The notes: a model not told the origin generated them from the letters alone. A DNA stretch of 64,000 bases from Bacteroidales bacterium UBA1711 (GCA_002317325.1 DCJB01000092.1:395-64394), one strand, 5' to 3'. Counted from the stretch's first letter, positions 17,226 to 27,078 are shown. Program-made: numbers and translations.

Positions 17226-18746
17226 ATGGGTGTCATTGCTAATCAGAGCATCAAGGGCGCTTTGGCCAACTATCTCGGCGTGCTCATCGGAGCCTTCACC
17301 ACCTTTTTTGTAGTGACCGACCTGCTGCAGGCCGAGGAGATAGGGCTCACACGCGTCATGGTCGATGCCGCGCTCCTCTTCTCGAGCCTCGCCCAACTCG
17401 GCACCAACGCCTCCATCCTCCGCTTCTACCCACGCTTCCGCGACCCCGACACCCGCGACCACGGCTTCTTCGGCTGGACGCTCCTCCTCCCCCTCGCGGG
17501 CTTCTCGGTCGTCGCCCTCCTCTTCCTGCTCTTCAAGCCCGCCGTGGTGGGCTACTATGCCGACAACGCCCCGCTCATCGTCGATTTCGCCTACCTGCTG
17601 CTCCCCCTCACCTTCTTCACCCTCTACATGACCGTGTTTGAGACCAACGCCAGCGTCCTGATGCGCATTGCCGTGCCCAAGTTCGTGCGCGAAGTCGTCA
17701 TCCGGCTCCTCAACCTCGCCGCCTATCTGCTCTACGGCCACGGCATAGTCAGCCTCCGGCTCTTCGTCATCCTCTTCTGCGCCTCCTACGCCGCCGCCGC
17801 CCTCGTCAACTTCTGCTATCTCCTCAGCCTCGGGCGCGTCTCCTTCCGCATCGACCGCCGCTTCGTCTCCCGCCCCCTCCGGCGCGAGGTGACGGTATAT
17901 ACGCTCTTTATGACCGCCGCCGTGCTGGCCGGCAACATCAAGCTATTCAACTCCCTCTTCCTCGCCAAGGAAGGCCTCGCCCTCGCCGGCATATACACCA
18001 TCGCCTGCTACATCGCCAACGTCATCGAAATCCCCTACCGCTCGCTCGGCGCCATTTCCAGCCCCGTCATTTCGCAGGCCATCGCCCGGGGCGATATGGG
18101 CGAGGTCAACCGGCTCGGGCAGCAGGTGTCGCTGCACCAGCTGCTCGTCGCCTCAATGCTGCTATTCTTCATCTGGATTAACCTGCCCCCGCTTTTCGCC
18201 ATCATACCCAACGGCGCCCAATACTCCTCGGGCGCCGGGGTGGTGCTTATTCTCGGGCTGGCCAACCTCGTCAACTCCACCTTCTCCATCGCGACCAACA
18301 TACTCAACTTCTCGCGCCACTTCGCCTTCTCGCTCCTCTTTATCTCGCTGCTCACCCTCTCTGCCATCCTGCTCAACCTGTGGCTCATCCCCCGCTGGGG
18401 AATCAACGGCTCGGCCGCCGCCACCCTGTTCGCCTACTGCCTCTACTTCCTGCCGCTGCTCACCCTCCTGCGGCGCCGCATGGGGGTTTCGCTCTTCAGC
18501 GCCAAACAGCTGCAGGTAGCGGCTCTGGCACTCCTCCTCTTCGGTCTCAACGCACTGTGGGACTGGCTTCTGTCACCCTGCTTCGCACGCCTCGGCAACG
18601 GCCTGTGGCCCTTGCTGGCCCAAGCCGTCCTGCGCACGGGCCTCTTCGCCGCGCTGGCCGCGGCCGCCCTCCGCCGCCTCCACGTCAGCCCCGAGGTGGA
18701 CCGCCTCTTGAACCGCCTCCTCCGCCCCGCCGCCCGCCGCCGCTGA
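17226..18746 (+). CDS. oligosaccharide flippase / polysaccharide biosynthesis protein (MOP superfamily)
   Basis: 506 aa, polytopic membrane protein. N-terminus MGVIANQSIKGALANYLG is typical of Wzx-like proteins. Confidence 0.75.
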   Translation: MGVIANQSIKGALANYLGVLIGAFTTFFVVTDLLQAEEIGLTRVMVDAALLFSSLAQLGTNASILRFYPRFRDPDTRDHGFFGWTLLLPLAGFSVVALLFLLFKPAVVGYYADNAPLIVDFAYLLLPLTFFTLYMTVFETNASVLMRIAVPKFVREVVIRLLNLAAYLLYGHGIVSLRLFVILFCASYAAAALVNFCYLLSLGRVSFRIDRRFVSRPLRREVTVYTLFMTAAVLAGNIKLFNSLFLAKEGLALAGIYTIACYIANVIEIPYRSLGAISSPVISQAIARGDMGEVNRLGQQVSLHQLLVASMLLFFIWINLPPLFAIIPNGAQYSSGAGVVLILGLANLVNSTFSIATNILNFSRHFAFSLLFISLLTLSAILLNLWLIPRWGINGSAAATLFAYCLYFLPLLTLLRRRMGVSLFSAKQLQVAALALLLFGLNALWDWLLSPCFARLGNGLWPLLAQAVLRTGLFAALAAAALRRLHVSPEVDRLLNRLLRPAARRR

Positions 18747-18794
18747 CCGAAGCGTCCCTCGCTTCGACGGCTGCCCTCTGGCTTCGACCGGGAC

Positions 18795-18836
18795 AAAAAG
18801 CAAGCCGGCAGAGAGCGTGGGCTCCCTGCCGGCTTG
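18795..18836 (-). terminator. intrinsic terminator of the small lipoprotein gene
   Basis: 11-bp stem CAAGCCGGCAG/CTGCCGGCTTG, followed on the minus strand by CTTTTT. Confidence 0.6.
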
Positions 18837-18853
18837 TGTGCCGAACGCAAATG

Positions 18854-19111
18854 CTATTTGCACTCGGTGATTTGGTCAACCTTATACCATATCATGTTCT
18901 GGGTGACCGTGTTGTTCAGGTCGGAGCATTTGCCCATGGTCTCCTGGGTGCCGGTGGCAGTGCCGTCCATGAAATTGGAGGGTACCTCGCCCTGCATGGA
19001 GGGGTCGGTGACGGTGGACTTGGTGGTGATGGTGCAGCTGCAGGTCTTCTTGCAGCTGGTGAAGGCGGGCACGAGGGCCGCCAAGGCCAATACGATGACG
19101 ATTTTCTTCAT
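18854..19111 (-). CDS. small Cys-rich lipoprotein
   Basis: MKKIVIVLALAALVPAFTSC lipobox. 85 aa. Has its own terminator hairpin. Confidence 0.6.
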   Translation of the reverse strand: MKKIVIVLALAALVPAFTSCKKTCSCTITTKSTVTDPSMQGEVPSNFMDGTATGTQETMGKCSDLNNTVTQNMIWYKVDQITECK

Positions 19112-19268
19112 TTTTTTTGATTGTTGTTATTTGGGTTAATACTGTTTACACGCCTCTATAACGTGACTTTTGCCCCGCTATTGTGGCAGGGGTGAATTTT
19201 TTTTGTCCGGACGGGGCGGGTTTTTCGGGGGCGTGCAATAATTGCGGCTGTTTGGCGTTTTCGGGGGC

Positions 19269-21059
19269 ATGGTTTATGTTTTTCAGCTGTTGCTGCTGTG
19301 GGCGGCGCTGCTGTTGGTCTTTGCGGCGCAGAAGCCGCTCTTTATGCTGGCCAACCTCGGCTATGCCGAGGGACTGACGATTGGCGACTGGGCGGCGGTG
19401 GTGTGGCACGGGCTGCGGCTCGATGTCCCGATGGCCTGCCTCCTGCTGGCGACGCCCATTGTGCTGGCCGGGGTACGGCTGTTTGTCCCCGGCATGAATC
19501 TGCGCAGGGCGCTGACGGTCTATTTCGTCCCCCTGTCGCTGCTGCTGTCGCTGATTTTTGTGGCCGACGCAGCGCTCTACGGCTTTTGGGGCGCCAAGTT
19601 GGACGCAGTGGATTTGATGTATGCCCACCATCCCAAAGATATGTTTGCCAGCCTCACGGCGGGCTACGCCGCCGTCGGGCTGCTGGCGGTGGCGGCGGCG
19701 GCAGCGGCCATCTTCGCGCTGCTGCGGGCGGCCGCAGTGCGGCGGCTGCCGCCGACGAGGCGGTGGACGACGCTGGCGGCGCTGACGCTGATGCTGGGAG
19801 GCTGTTTTGTGGGCTTCAGGGGCGGCACGGGACCCTCGCCGGCCAATCCGGGCTATGTCTTCTTCTCGTCCAACCGCTTCCTCAATCATGCGGCGCTCAA
19901 CCCCGCCTTCAACATGACCTATTCGCTCTTCCGCCGGGAGAGCCTCGGCGAGGAGTTCCAATCGCTCGCGCCCGCCGAGGCCGAGCGAATTGCCGCCGAC
20001 ATTTACGCGCCTCACGCCGACTTGGCGGACACGCTGCTGCGCTGCCACCGTCCCGACATCGTGCTGGTCATCTGGGAGGGTGGCGGCTGGAATATGGCGT
20101 GCAACGACACGGTGGCGCCTTTCTACGGGCGGCTGCGCCGCGAGGGAGTCTGTTTCGACAGCCTCTATGCCAACGGACACCGCACCGACCGGGGACTGGT
20201 GTCCCTCCTCAGCGGATGGCCCTCGCTGCCCAACCACTCGCTGATGAACCGAGCCGACCTCTGCCCCGGGCTTCCCTCGCTGGCCCGCTCGCTGGCCCGC
20301 GAGGGCTATGCGACAGAGTTCTGCTACGGGGGCGATGCCGACTTCACCAATATGCGGGGCTACCTCTTTGAGACGGGTTTTGCCCGGATTCGCAGCGGCG
20401 CCGACTACCGCGGCGCGGCCGTCCGCAACAACTGGGGCATCGCCGACGAGTATCTGCTCCGACCCGACCCGCAGCCGCTGCCCTCGCCCTCGTTCCAAGT
20501 CCTCCTCACCCTGAGCAGCCACGAGTCGTGGGAGGTGCCCTACAGCCGCCTCGCCGACGAGCGGGAGAACGCTTTCGCCTATACCGACAGCTGCCTATAC
20601 GCCTTTGTGCGCAGACTGCAGCACAGCCCGCGGTGGGACAGCCTGCTGGTCATCGTGGTGCCCGACCACGGCGTGGCGGCCACGGGCGGCTATCCCTATA
20701 CGCCCGAGGTGGCCCACATCCCCATGCTGTGGATAGGCGGCGCCGTCCTCCGGCCCGCCACCGTGTCGGCGCTGATGAACCAGTCCGACCTCGCCGCCAC
20801 CCTGCTGGCCCAGATGGGGCTGCCCTTCGGCGACTTTCCGTTCAGCCGCAACGTACTCAGCCGCCACCGCCAACGGCCCGTGGCGGCGCACTGCTTCAAG
20901 AACGGGCTCAACCTTATCGCCGGCGGCTCCACGTCGAGCTATGAGTGCGTCGATGGCCGCCTCTTACCCATCGGGGGCGACACCTGCGCCGCCACTCAAA
21001 CCCTGGCCCGGGCGCTGCTGCAGCAGTACTACTCCCGCTCCGCCGCCCTCGGCCGCTAA
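19269..21059 (+). CDS. LTA synthase family / sulfatase-domain membrane protein
   Basis: N-terminal TM block followed by a sulfatase-like domain (VLVIWEGGGW..., LTLSSHESW). First ATG at 19269; the track ORF starts at a TTG at 19242. Confidence 0.8.
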   Translation: MVYVFQLLLLWAALLLVFAAQKPLFMLANLGYAEGLTIGDWAAVVWHGLRLDVPMACLLLATPIVLAGVRLFVPGMNLRRALTVYFVPLSLLLSLIFVADAALYGFWGAKLDAVDLMYAHHPKDMFASLTAGYAAVGLLAVAAAAAAIFALLRAAAVRRLPPTRRWTTLAALTLMLGGCFVGFRGGTGPSPANPGYVFFSSNRFLNHAALNPAFNMTYSLFRRESLGEEFQSLAPAEAERIAADIYAPHADLADTLLRCHRPDIVLVIWEGGGWNMACNDTVAPFYGRLRREGVCFDSLYANGHRTDRGLVSLLSGWPSLPNHSLMNRADLCPGLPSLARSLAREGYATEFCYGGDADFTNMRGYLFETGFARIRSGADYRGAAVRNNWGIADEYLLRPDPQPLPSPSFQVLLTLSSHESWEVPYSRLADERENAFAYTDSCLYAFVRRLQHSPRWDSLLVIVVPDHGVAATGGYPYTPEVAHIPMLWIGGAVLRPATVSALMNQSDLAATLLAQMGLPFGDFPFSRNVLSRHRQRPVAAHCFKNGLNLIAGGSTSSYECVDGRLLPIGGDTCAATQTLARALLQQYYSRSAALGR

Positions 21060-21077
21060 CACACAATCACCCACACC

Positions 21078-22067
21078 ATGAAGAGCGTAACAATCCTCAT
21101 TCCCGCCTACAACGAAGCCGAATCGCTGCCCGTCTTCTTCCTCAGCCTGCGGCAGTTCTTCGCCTCGCAGCCCGCCTACCGGTGGGAAGCCCTAATCGTG
21201 AACGACGGCAGCCGCGACCGCACCGGCCAGCTCATCGAGGCCTTCCACAGGGACGACCCCCGCTTCCGTTTCCTCACCCTCAGCCGCAACTACGGCAAAG
21301 AGATTGCCCTGCTGGCGGGCTTCGACCACACAAGGACCGATGCCGTGGTCATCATGGACGCCGATATGCAGCACCCCTTAGAGGTGGTGCCCCAAATGCT
21401 CGCCGAGTGGGAGCGGGGGGCGCAGGACGTGTATGCCACCCGCTATGCCGACAAGACCGAGGGCTGGTTCAAGCGCACCTCCTCGCGGAAGTACTACCGC
21501 CTGCTCAGGCGGCTCACACGGGTCGAAATCCCCGCCGACACGGGCGACTTCCGCCTCCTCGACCGCCGCTGCATCGACGCACTCTGCCAAATGCGCGAGT
21601 CGCAGCGCAACACCAATGCCCTCTACTGCCTCATCGGGTTCGAGAAGAAACAGATTTTCTACCACCAGGCCGAGCGGCTCTACGGCACCACCAAATGGAA
21701 CTTCGTGCGGCTGTTCAACCTCGCCGTTGACGGCATCACCTCCTTCACCAACGCCCCGCTGCGGCTGTCGCTCGTCCTCGGGCTGGTGGTGTCGTTTCTC
21801 GCCTTCCTCTACATGGTGTTCATCATCGTCAAGACCCTCGTGTGGGGCGACCCCGTGACGGGCTATCCCACCCTCGCCGTCCTCATCCTCCTCAGCGGCG
21901 GCATACAACTCATCGTCCTCGGAGTGCTCGGCGAGTATCTCGGCCGCATCTTCAGCGAGTCCAAGAACCGCCCCCTCTACTTCGTGTCCAAAGAAAGCCC
22001 GACGGCAGAGTCCGACCCCGCAGAAACGGCAGACACCTCTTCCGTGAAGTCCAGCCCGACCCATTGA
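21078..22067 (+). CDS. family 2 glycosyltransferase (GtrB/ArnC-like, polyprenyl-phosphate sugar transferase)
   Basis: Contains ILIPAYNEAESL, VNDGSRDRT and IMDADMQHP. Two C-terminal TM helices. Confidence 0.9.
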   Translation: MKSVTILIPAYNEAESLPVFFLSLRQFFASQPAYRWEALIVNDGSRDRTGQLIEAFHRDDPRFRFLTLSRNYGKEIALLAGFDHTRTDAVVIMDADMQHPLEVVPQMLAEWERGAQDVYATRYADKTEGWFKRTSSRKYYRLLRRLTRVEIPADTGDFRLLDRRCIDALCQMRESQRNTNALYCLIGFEKKQIFYHQAERLYGTTKWNFVRLFNLAVDGITSFTNAPLRLSLVLGLVVSFLAFLYMVFIIVKTLVWGDPVTGYPTLAVLILLSGGIQLIVLGVLGEYLGRIFSESKNRPLYFVSKESPTAESDPAETADTSSVKSSPTH

Positions 22068-22214
22068 CGGCTCTCGGGACAAGCCGATAGGGGATTCAGA
22101 AAACGGGGCGGACGCAACTGGCGGGACGAGTGCGGCAGGGGGCGGTGCGGCGGGGGGCGGAGAGAAAAAAGGGGCGGAAATGGAAAAAAGTGTTGGCGAA
22201 TGAAAAAAAGTTCG

Positions 22215-22222
22215 TAACTTTG
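22215..22222 (+). promoter_or_regulatory. -7 box TAACTTTG for rpmH
   Basis: 21 nt upstream of the ATG at 22244. Confidence 0.6.
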
Positions 22223-22243
22223 CAACTCCAAAATTTGAGAAAA

Positions 22244-22390
22244 ATGAAGAGAACATTTCAACCATCACGCAGAAAGAGAGCCAATAAGCACGGTTTCCGT
22301 CAGAGAATGTCCACTGCCAACGGCAGAAGAGTTTTGGCCGCGCGCCGCAAAAAAGGCAGAAAAAAACTGACTGTCTCCGACGAACGATAG
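22244..22390 (+). CDS. rpmH: 50S ribosomal protein L34
   Basis: [44 protein letters not shown]. Confidence 0.95.
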   Translation: MKRTFQPSRRKRANKHGFRQRMSTANGRRVLAARRKKGRKKLTVSDER

Positions 22391-22438
22391 TCATCGCACC
22401 CATCGGAAAACAGCTATAGACTCTTTGCAAAGAGAAAA

Positions 22439-22470
22439 GGAAGTATTGCGGTGCAGTACTTCCTTTTTTT
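22439..22470 (+). terminator. intrinsic terminator of rpmH
   Basis: Stem GGAAGTATTGC/GCAGTACTTCC followed by T7. Confidence 0.75.
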
Positions 22471-22530
22471 CGTGGTCGGGGGCGGGCGCCGCCCGGCCCC
22501 GACCGTCAAGCAACCAACCATTACTGCTAT

Positions 22531-23946
22531 ATGCGCAAGAAAAAGGAACAGCCCGTGATTGAGGGCGTGACCATTGCCGACGTGGGGGCCGAGGGCAACG
22601 CCATCGCCCGCATCGACGGCATGGTGGTATTCGTGCCGTTTGTGGTGCCGGGCGATGTGGCCGACATCAAGATTGTGAAAAAGAAGAAGAACTACGCCGA
22701 GGGGCGCTTGGTGGCGCTGCGGCGTCCGTCGGAGCGGCGGGTGGAGGCACGATGCCCCCACTTCGGCACCTGCGGCGGCTGCCGCTGGCAGACGCTCAAC
22801 TATGCCGACCAGGTAGCCTCCAAGCAGCAGCAGGTGCGCGACAACTTGGAACGCCTCGGCCACGCCGACTGCTCGGGTATGCGGCCCATCTGCGGTTCTG
22901 AACGCATATTCGGCTATCGCAACAAACTGGAGTTCACCTTCTCCACCCGAGCCTGGCACGACCTGCCCCCCACCCCCGACGCACCGCCCGAAGCGGGCGC
23001 GCTGGGATTTCACATCCCCGGCCTGTTCGACAAGGTGCTGGACATCGAGCACTGTGCCCTGCAAGAGGACCTGAGCGACGAAATACGCCTTGCCGCCCGC
23101 GACTACGCCCTGAGAAACGAACTGCCTTTCTACGATATACGCAATCACACGGGCTGTCTGCGCAACCTCATTGTCCGCAACACCGCCGCAGGGCAGTGGA
23201 TGGTGGTGCTGGTGGTGGCCGAGCTGCACGAAGGGTGGCAGGGGCTGCTGGAACACCTGCGCGACCGCTTCCCGCAAATCACTTCGCTGCAATACATTGT
23301 CAACGACAAGTTCAACGACAGCTACGCCGACCTGCCCTCAACCGTATTTGCCGGCGCCGACCATGTGGAGGAGGTGATGGAGGGCTATGCCGGCAGCGCG
23401 CCGCTGCGCTTCCGCATTCGCCCGCAGACGTTCTACCAGACCAACTCGCCCCAAGCACGTCGACTCTACGGCTTTGTGGCCGAATTTGCCGAGCTGGCGG
23501 CCGACGACGTGGTGTATGACCTCTACACAGGCACGGGGACCATCGCCCTGTTCCTCGCCCGGCTGTGCCGCCGGGTGGTGGGCATCGAGTATGTGGAAGA
23601 CTCGGTGGCCGCAGCACGAGAGAACGCCCGCCTCAACGGGGTGGAGAACACCGAGTTCCACGCCGGCGACATGGCCAAGGTGCTGACCGCCGACTTTGTG
23701 GCCGCACACGGGAGGCCCGATGTGGTGGTGACAGACCCGCCCCGGGCGGGGATGCACGAGCGCGTGGTGGAACAGCTCCTCGCCATGGCGCCCCGCAAGA
23801 TTGTGTATGTCAGCTGCAACCCCGCCACCCAGGCACGCGACCTGCAGCTGCTCGCCCCGCTCTACAGCCCGGCAAGGATTCAGCCCGTGGATATGTTCCC
23901 ACACACCCAGCACGTGGAGAACGTGGTGGAGCTGGTGCGCCGCTGA
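22531..23946 (+). CDS. rlmD: 23S rRNA (uracil-C5)-methyltransferase RlmD/RumA
   Basis: N-terminal TRAM domain, Cys cluster CPHFGTCGGCRWQ, SAM fold DLYTGTGTI, and catalytic VYVSCNPAT. Confidence 0.9.
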   Translation: MRKKKEQPVIEGVTIADVGAEGNAIARIDGMVVFVPFVVPGDVADIKIVKKKKNYAEGRLVALRRPSERRVEARCPHFGTCGGCRWQTLNYADQVASKQQQVRDNLERLGHADCSGMRPICGSERIFGYRNKLEFTFSTRAWHDLPPTPDAPPEAGALGFHIPGLFDKVLDIEHCALQEDLSDEIRLAARDYALRNELPFYDIRNHTGCLRNLIVRNTAAGQWMVVLVVAELHEGWQGLLEHLRDRFPQITSLQYIVNDKFNDSYADLPSTVFAGADHVEEVMEGYAGSAPLRFRIRPQTFYQTNSPQARRLYGFVAEFAELAADDVVYDLYTGTGTIALFLARLCRRVVGIEYVEDSVAAARENARLNGVENTEFHAGDMAKVLTADFVAAHGRPDVVVTDPPRAGMHERVVEQLLAMAPRKIVYVSCNPATQARDLQLLAPLYSPARIQPVDMFPHTQHVENVVELVRR

Positions 23947-24056
23947 ACAGTACGCCTCAGCAGAAGGGCAGCCGCCCGCCGGCACGGACCCAGCGGGCGG
24001 CAAATGTGCGCCGAGGCCGAGAGCGAAAAAAATATTATTATATTAGAAAAAAATGC

Positions 24057-24064
24057 TATCTTTG
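24057..24064 (+). promoter_or_regulatory. -7 box TATCTTTG for the Cys-repeat T9SS protein
   Basis: About 90 nt upstream of the ATG at 24157, with an A/C-rich leader. Confidence 0.5.
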
Positions 24065-24156
24065 CACGTTGACAGAATCTGAGCCCTGCGGGGATTCGCT
24101 GGCAACAAATTGCTGAAAACAAATAAACAAAGGATAAACAAACAAACTTTCACAAA

Positions 24157-25839
24157 ATGAAAAAAGCATTACTAAGCCTGTTATTCGCCGCCATCTTCAT
24201 GCCTTTTGTGATGGCGCAGGATAACGCCAACCGCGTCATTGTGGCCACCAACGAGACCAGTTGCCAGTCCTACACCTGGGCCGTGAACGGCGTCACATAC
24301 ACAGCCGACACCGTGGTCACCTATATCAACGCCACCAACGACACACTCTTCGTCCTCAACCTCACCATCAACCGCCCCGGCTCGCGCGGCTACGGCCAAG
24401 TAGTCGTCGAGGACTGCTCCTACCTTTGGCACGGCAAAACCATTACCGCCTCTGGCTCCTACTGCGACACCATCCTCGGCGACGGACATACCTGCGACTC
24501 CCTGTTCTTCATCAACCTCCAGCTCACCGGCACCAAGGTGACCCGCCTCGCCGACAGCGCCTGCGGCCAGTATGTGTGGCATGGCGACACCCTCACTGAG
24601 AGCGGCGTGTACGATTACTATGACGGCACGCTGACCTGCCCCCAGCTCGACTCGCTCTTCCTCAGCATCGTCACCCAAATGCCCAAGTACGACACCATCT
24701 ACAACTGCGGCAAATACACCTGGGGTGACACCGTGCTGACCGCCACCGGCAACTACACTCACCTCGTCATTGACACGGTGTCCAGCTGCGACACCCTCAA
24801 GCACCTCAACTTCAACATGACCGTTGACACCGCCCGCCGCGCCGAGACCAAGACCTCCTGCGGCGCCTACAGCTGGTACGGCCAGAACTACGACACCACC
24901 GGCGTCTATTCCACCGTATCTACCGACCAAACCACGCTCTGCCAGACCTACCGCACCCTCGACCTCACGGTCATCCCGCAGCGCGTATCGGAGATCGACA
25001 CCGTCGTCAAGGCCTGCGGCTCCTTCAACTTCACCCGCGAGGACTCCAGCCAGTACAACCGCAAGATTACCTCCGACACCTCCTTCTCCTACCGCATGAT
25101 TAAGAAGCAGACCAACAACGGCGGCCGCTTCTGCTACGACAGCACCGTCCACATGACCGTCCACATCAAGACCCCCACCACCGTTGACACCACCGTGAAG
25201 GCCTGCGACAGCTTCTACTGGGACAGGAAGAAAGTCACCTACACCACCGTTCCCGAGACCGCGCCTAAGTTCAGCCTCGGCAAGGACACCAACGGCTGCG
25301 ACAGCAGCGTGGTGCTCCAACTCACCCTCCGCAAGGCCCCCGTCATCAGCGCCATCAACGGCGAGTGGAGGATAGCCGAAGGCGGCTCCACCCACCTCTA
25401 CCCCACCTGCACCCCCGGAGCCGCCTACCTGTGGCACTACGGCAATGAGACCGCCACGGAGGACACCCTCTTTGTCGAGAACGTACACGGCAACCTCGAT
25501 GTGGACCTTGTGGCCACCCTCACCTACACGGACATTAACTTTGCCTGCCACGACACCAGCTGGATAACCATCGTCACCTATGTGGGCATTGACGAGGCCG
25601 AGACCGCCAATGTCAGCCTCTACCCCAACCCCGCCGTCGGACAGCTCAACGTGGAGTGCGCACAGCCCGTCAGCCAGGCTGACGTCTTCAACACCCTCGG
25701 CCAGCGCGTGCTTTCCGCACGCAACCTCGGCACCAAGGGCCTCCTCAGCCTCAGCGGCCTCGCCAAAGGCACCTACACCATCCGCCTCACCCTTGAGGGC
25801 GGCGAAACCGTCATCCGTAAGATTATCCTTGCAAGATAA
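24157..25839 (+). CDS. T9SS-sorted secreted protein with about 7 Cys-containing repeats
   Basis: Signal peptide. Repeated C-x2-Y/F-x-W-x-G-x-Y-x3-G-x-Y modules. C-terminal VSLYPNPAVGQLNVEC...IRKIILAR sorting domain. Confidence 0.8.
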   Translation: MKKALLSLLFAAIFMPFVMAQDNANRVIVATNETSCQSYTWAVNGVTYTADTVVTYINATNDTLFVLNLTINRPGSRGYGQVVVEDCSYLWHGKTITASGSYCDTILGDGHTCDSLFFINLQLTGTKVTRLADSACGQYVWHGDTLTESGVYDYYDGTLTCPQLDSLFLSIVTQMPKYDTIYNCGKYTWGDTVLTATGNYTHLVIDTVSSCDTLKHLNFNMTVDTARRAETKTSCGAYSWYGQNYDTTGVYSTVSTDQTTLCQTYRTLDLTVIPQRVSEIDTVVKACGSFNFTREDSSQYNRKITSDTSFSYRMIKKQTNNGGRFCYDSTVHMTVHIKTPTTVDTTVKACDSFYWDRKKVTYTTVPETAPKFSLGKDTNGCDSSVVLQLTLRKAPVISAINGEWRIAEGGSTHLYPTCTPGAAYLWHYGNETATEDTLFVENVHGNLDVDLVATLTYTDINFACHDTSWITIVTYVGIDEAETANVSLYPNPAVGQLNVECAQPVSQADVFNTLGQRVLSARNLGTKGLLSLSGLAKGTYTIRLTLEGGETVIRKIILAR

Positions 25840-25877
25840 TGTGTGAACAATACCAATCGAGAGCGTTCGGCACAAAG

Positions 25878-26894
25878 ATGCCGGGCGCTTTCTGTTTTTT
25901 GGCGGGGTGGGTGATGCTCCTCGCCTCCTGCGCCCGACAGGACGAGCCCATCCACCTGCAGGGCGAAGCCCAAGGCACCTACTACAGCATCACCTATTTC
26001 GACCCCGAGGGCCGCGACCTGCAGCCCCAAGTAGATTCGCTGCTCCAAGCTTTCGACCAAACCGCCTCGCTGTGGGTCGAGGAGTCGCTCCTGCGGCGGG
26101 TCAACAGCAATAAGACCGACACCGTGAGTCCGCTCTTCGCCGACCTGCTGCAGAAGTCGGCCGCCATCAGACGCCACACGGACGGCAGTTTCGACTGCCG
26201 CGTGGGGCGGATAGTGCAGGCCTGGGGCTTCAGTTTCAAGCAGCGCGAAGAACTCAGCACCGCCACCCTCGACAGCCTCATGCTGTACTCGCACGCCGCC
26301 GTGTGGCTCGACACGCTGGACGACGGCACCATACTCCTGCGAAAGGAATTGCCCGAAACCGAACTGGACTTCAACGCCATCGCCCAGGGGTACTCGGTGG
26401 ATTTGCTGGCCGGCATGATGGAGCAGTACGGCATTGAGAATTACCTCATCGACGTGGGGGGCGAAGTGAGAGGCCGCGGCGGCAAGCCGGACGGAGAACC
26501 GTGGACTGTGGGCATAGAGAAGCCCGCGGCGGACAAGTACGGCGGACGAGAGATTGAGACCGCCATAGCGCTCAAGAACGCCTCGGTGGTGACATCGGGA
26601 AGCTACCGCAAATACTACGAGAAGGAAGGCACCCGCTACTCCCACACCATCGACCCCGCCACAGGGCGGCCCGTCACCCACTCGCTCCTCAGTGTGTCGG
26701 TGGTCAGCAGCGAGGCGTGGTATGCCGACGCTATGGCCACCGCCTTCATGGTGATGGGCCTTGAGAAAGCGCTCAAGTTCATTGCCGACCTCCCCGAGGA
26801 TACCGACATCCAAGGTGCCGCCTTCATCTACGACAGCGCCGGAACCAACAAGACCTACTACACGCCGGGATTTAGGGAAAAGATTAAACAGTGA
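25878..26894 (+). CDS. apbE: FAD:protein FMN transferase ApbE (lipoprotein)
   Basis: MPGAFCFLAGWVMLLASC lipobox and ApbE blocks (ALKNASVVTSGSYRKY, YSHTIDPATGRP). An alternative ATG at 25839 overlaps the upstream stop. Confidence 0.88.
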   Translation: MPGAFCFLAGWVMLLASCARQDEPIHLQGEAQGTYYSITYFDPEGRDLQPQVDSLLQAFDQTASLWVEESLLRRVNSNKTDTVSPLFADLLQKSAAIRRHTDGSFDCRVGRIVQAWGFSFKQREELSTATLDSLMLYSHAAVWLDTLDDGTILLRKELPETELDFNAIAQGYSVDLLAGMMEQYGIENYLIDVGGEVRGRGGKPDGEPWTVGIEKPAADKYGGREIETAIALKNASVVTSGSYRKYYEKEGTRYSHTIDPATGRPVTHSLLSVSVVSSEAWYADAMATAFMVMGLEKALKFIADLPEDTDIQGAAFIYDSAGTNKTYYTPGFREKIKQ

Positions 26895-26932
26895 ATTGTG
26901 AAATTGTGAATTGTGAATTGACAATAGACACG
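26891..26932 (+). repeat. heptamer array (GTGAATT-type units, about 4 copies) followed by GACAATAGACAC
   Basis: Begins at the apbE stop codon (caGTGAatt). Confidence 0.85.
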
Positions 26933-26965
26933 GTTTCTTCAAGGATATAAGAAAATGATTAATAA

Positions 26966-27000
26966 GTGGATTGTGAATAGTGAATTGACAATAGACACAG
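26966..27000 (+). repeat. second copy: GTGGATT GTGAATA GTGAATT GACAATAGACAC
   Basis: The 19-nt GTGAATTGACAATAGACAC is identical to 26914-26932. Confidence 0.85.
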
Positions 27001-27025
27001 TCTCTCTGGGTTTATTCCCAACATT

Positions 27026-27060
27026 TGTCAATTCACATTTCACACTTCACTATTCACACT
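27026..27060 (+). repeat. inverted-orientation heptamer array TGTCAAT TCACATT TCACACT TCACTAT TCACACT
   Basis: Reverse-complement orientation relative to 26966-26990. Ends 18 nt before the yicC ATG. Confidence 0.8.
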
Positions 27061-27078
27061 CAACAAAAGACCACCACG

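Noticed and set aside
19146-20522. 458-aa minus-strand ORF
   Set aside because: It is antisense to the LTA-synthase-like gene. The translation is R/Q/G/P-rich with no motifs.
22421-22434. 14-bp perfect palindrome CTCTTTGCAAAGAG after rpmH, considered as a regulatory site
   Set aside because: It lies just upstream of the rpmH terminator hairpin. It contains TTTG on both strands but no proper TAnnTTTG box. The evidence is insufficient.
24181-25875. 564-aa minus-strand ORF
   Set aside because: It is antisense to the Cys-repeat T9SS protein and has G/V/A-rich composition.
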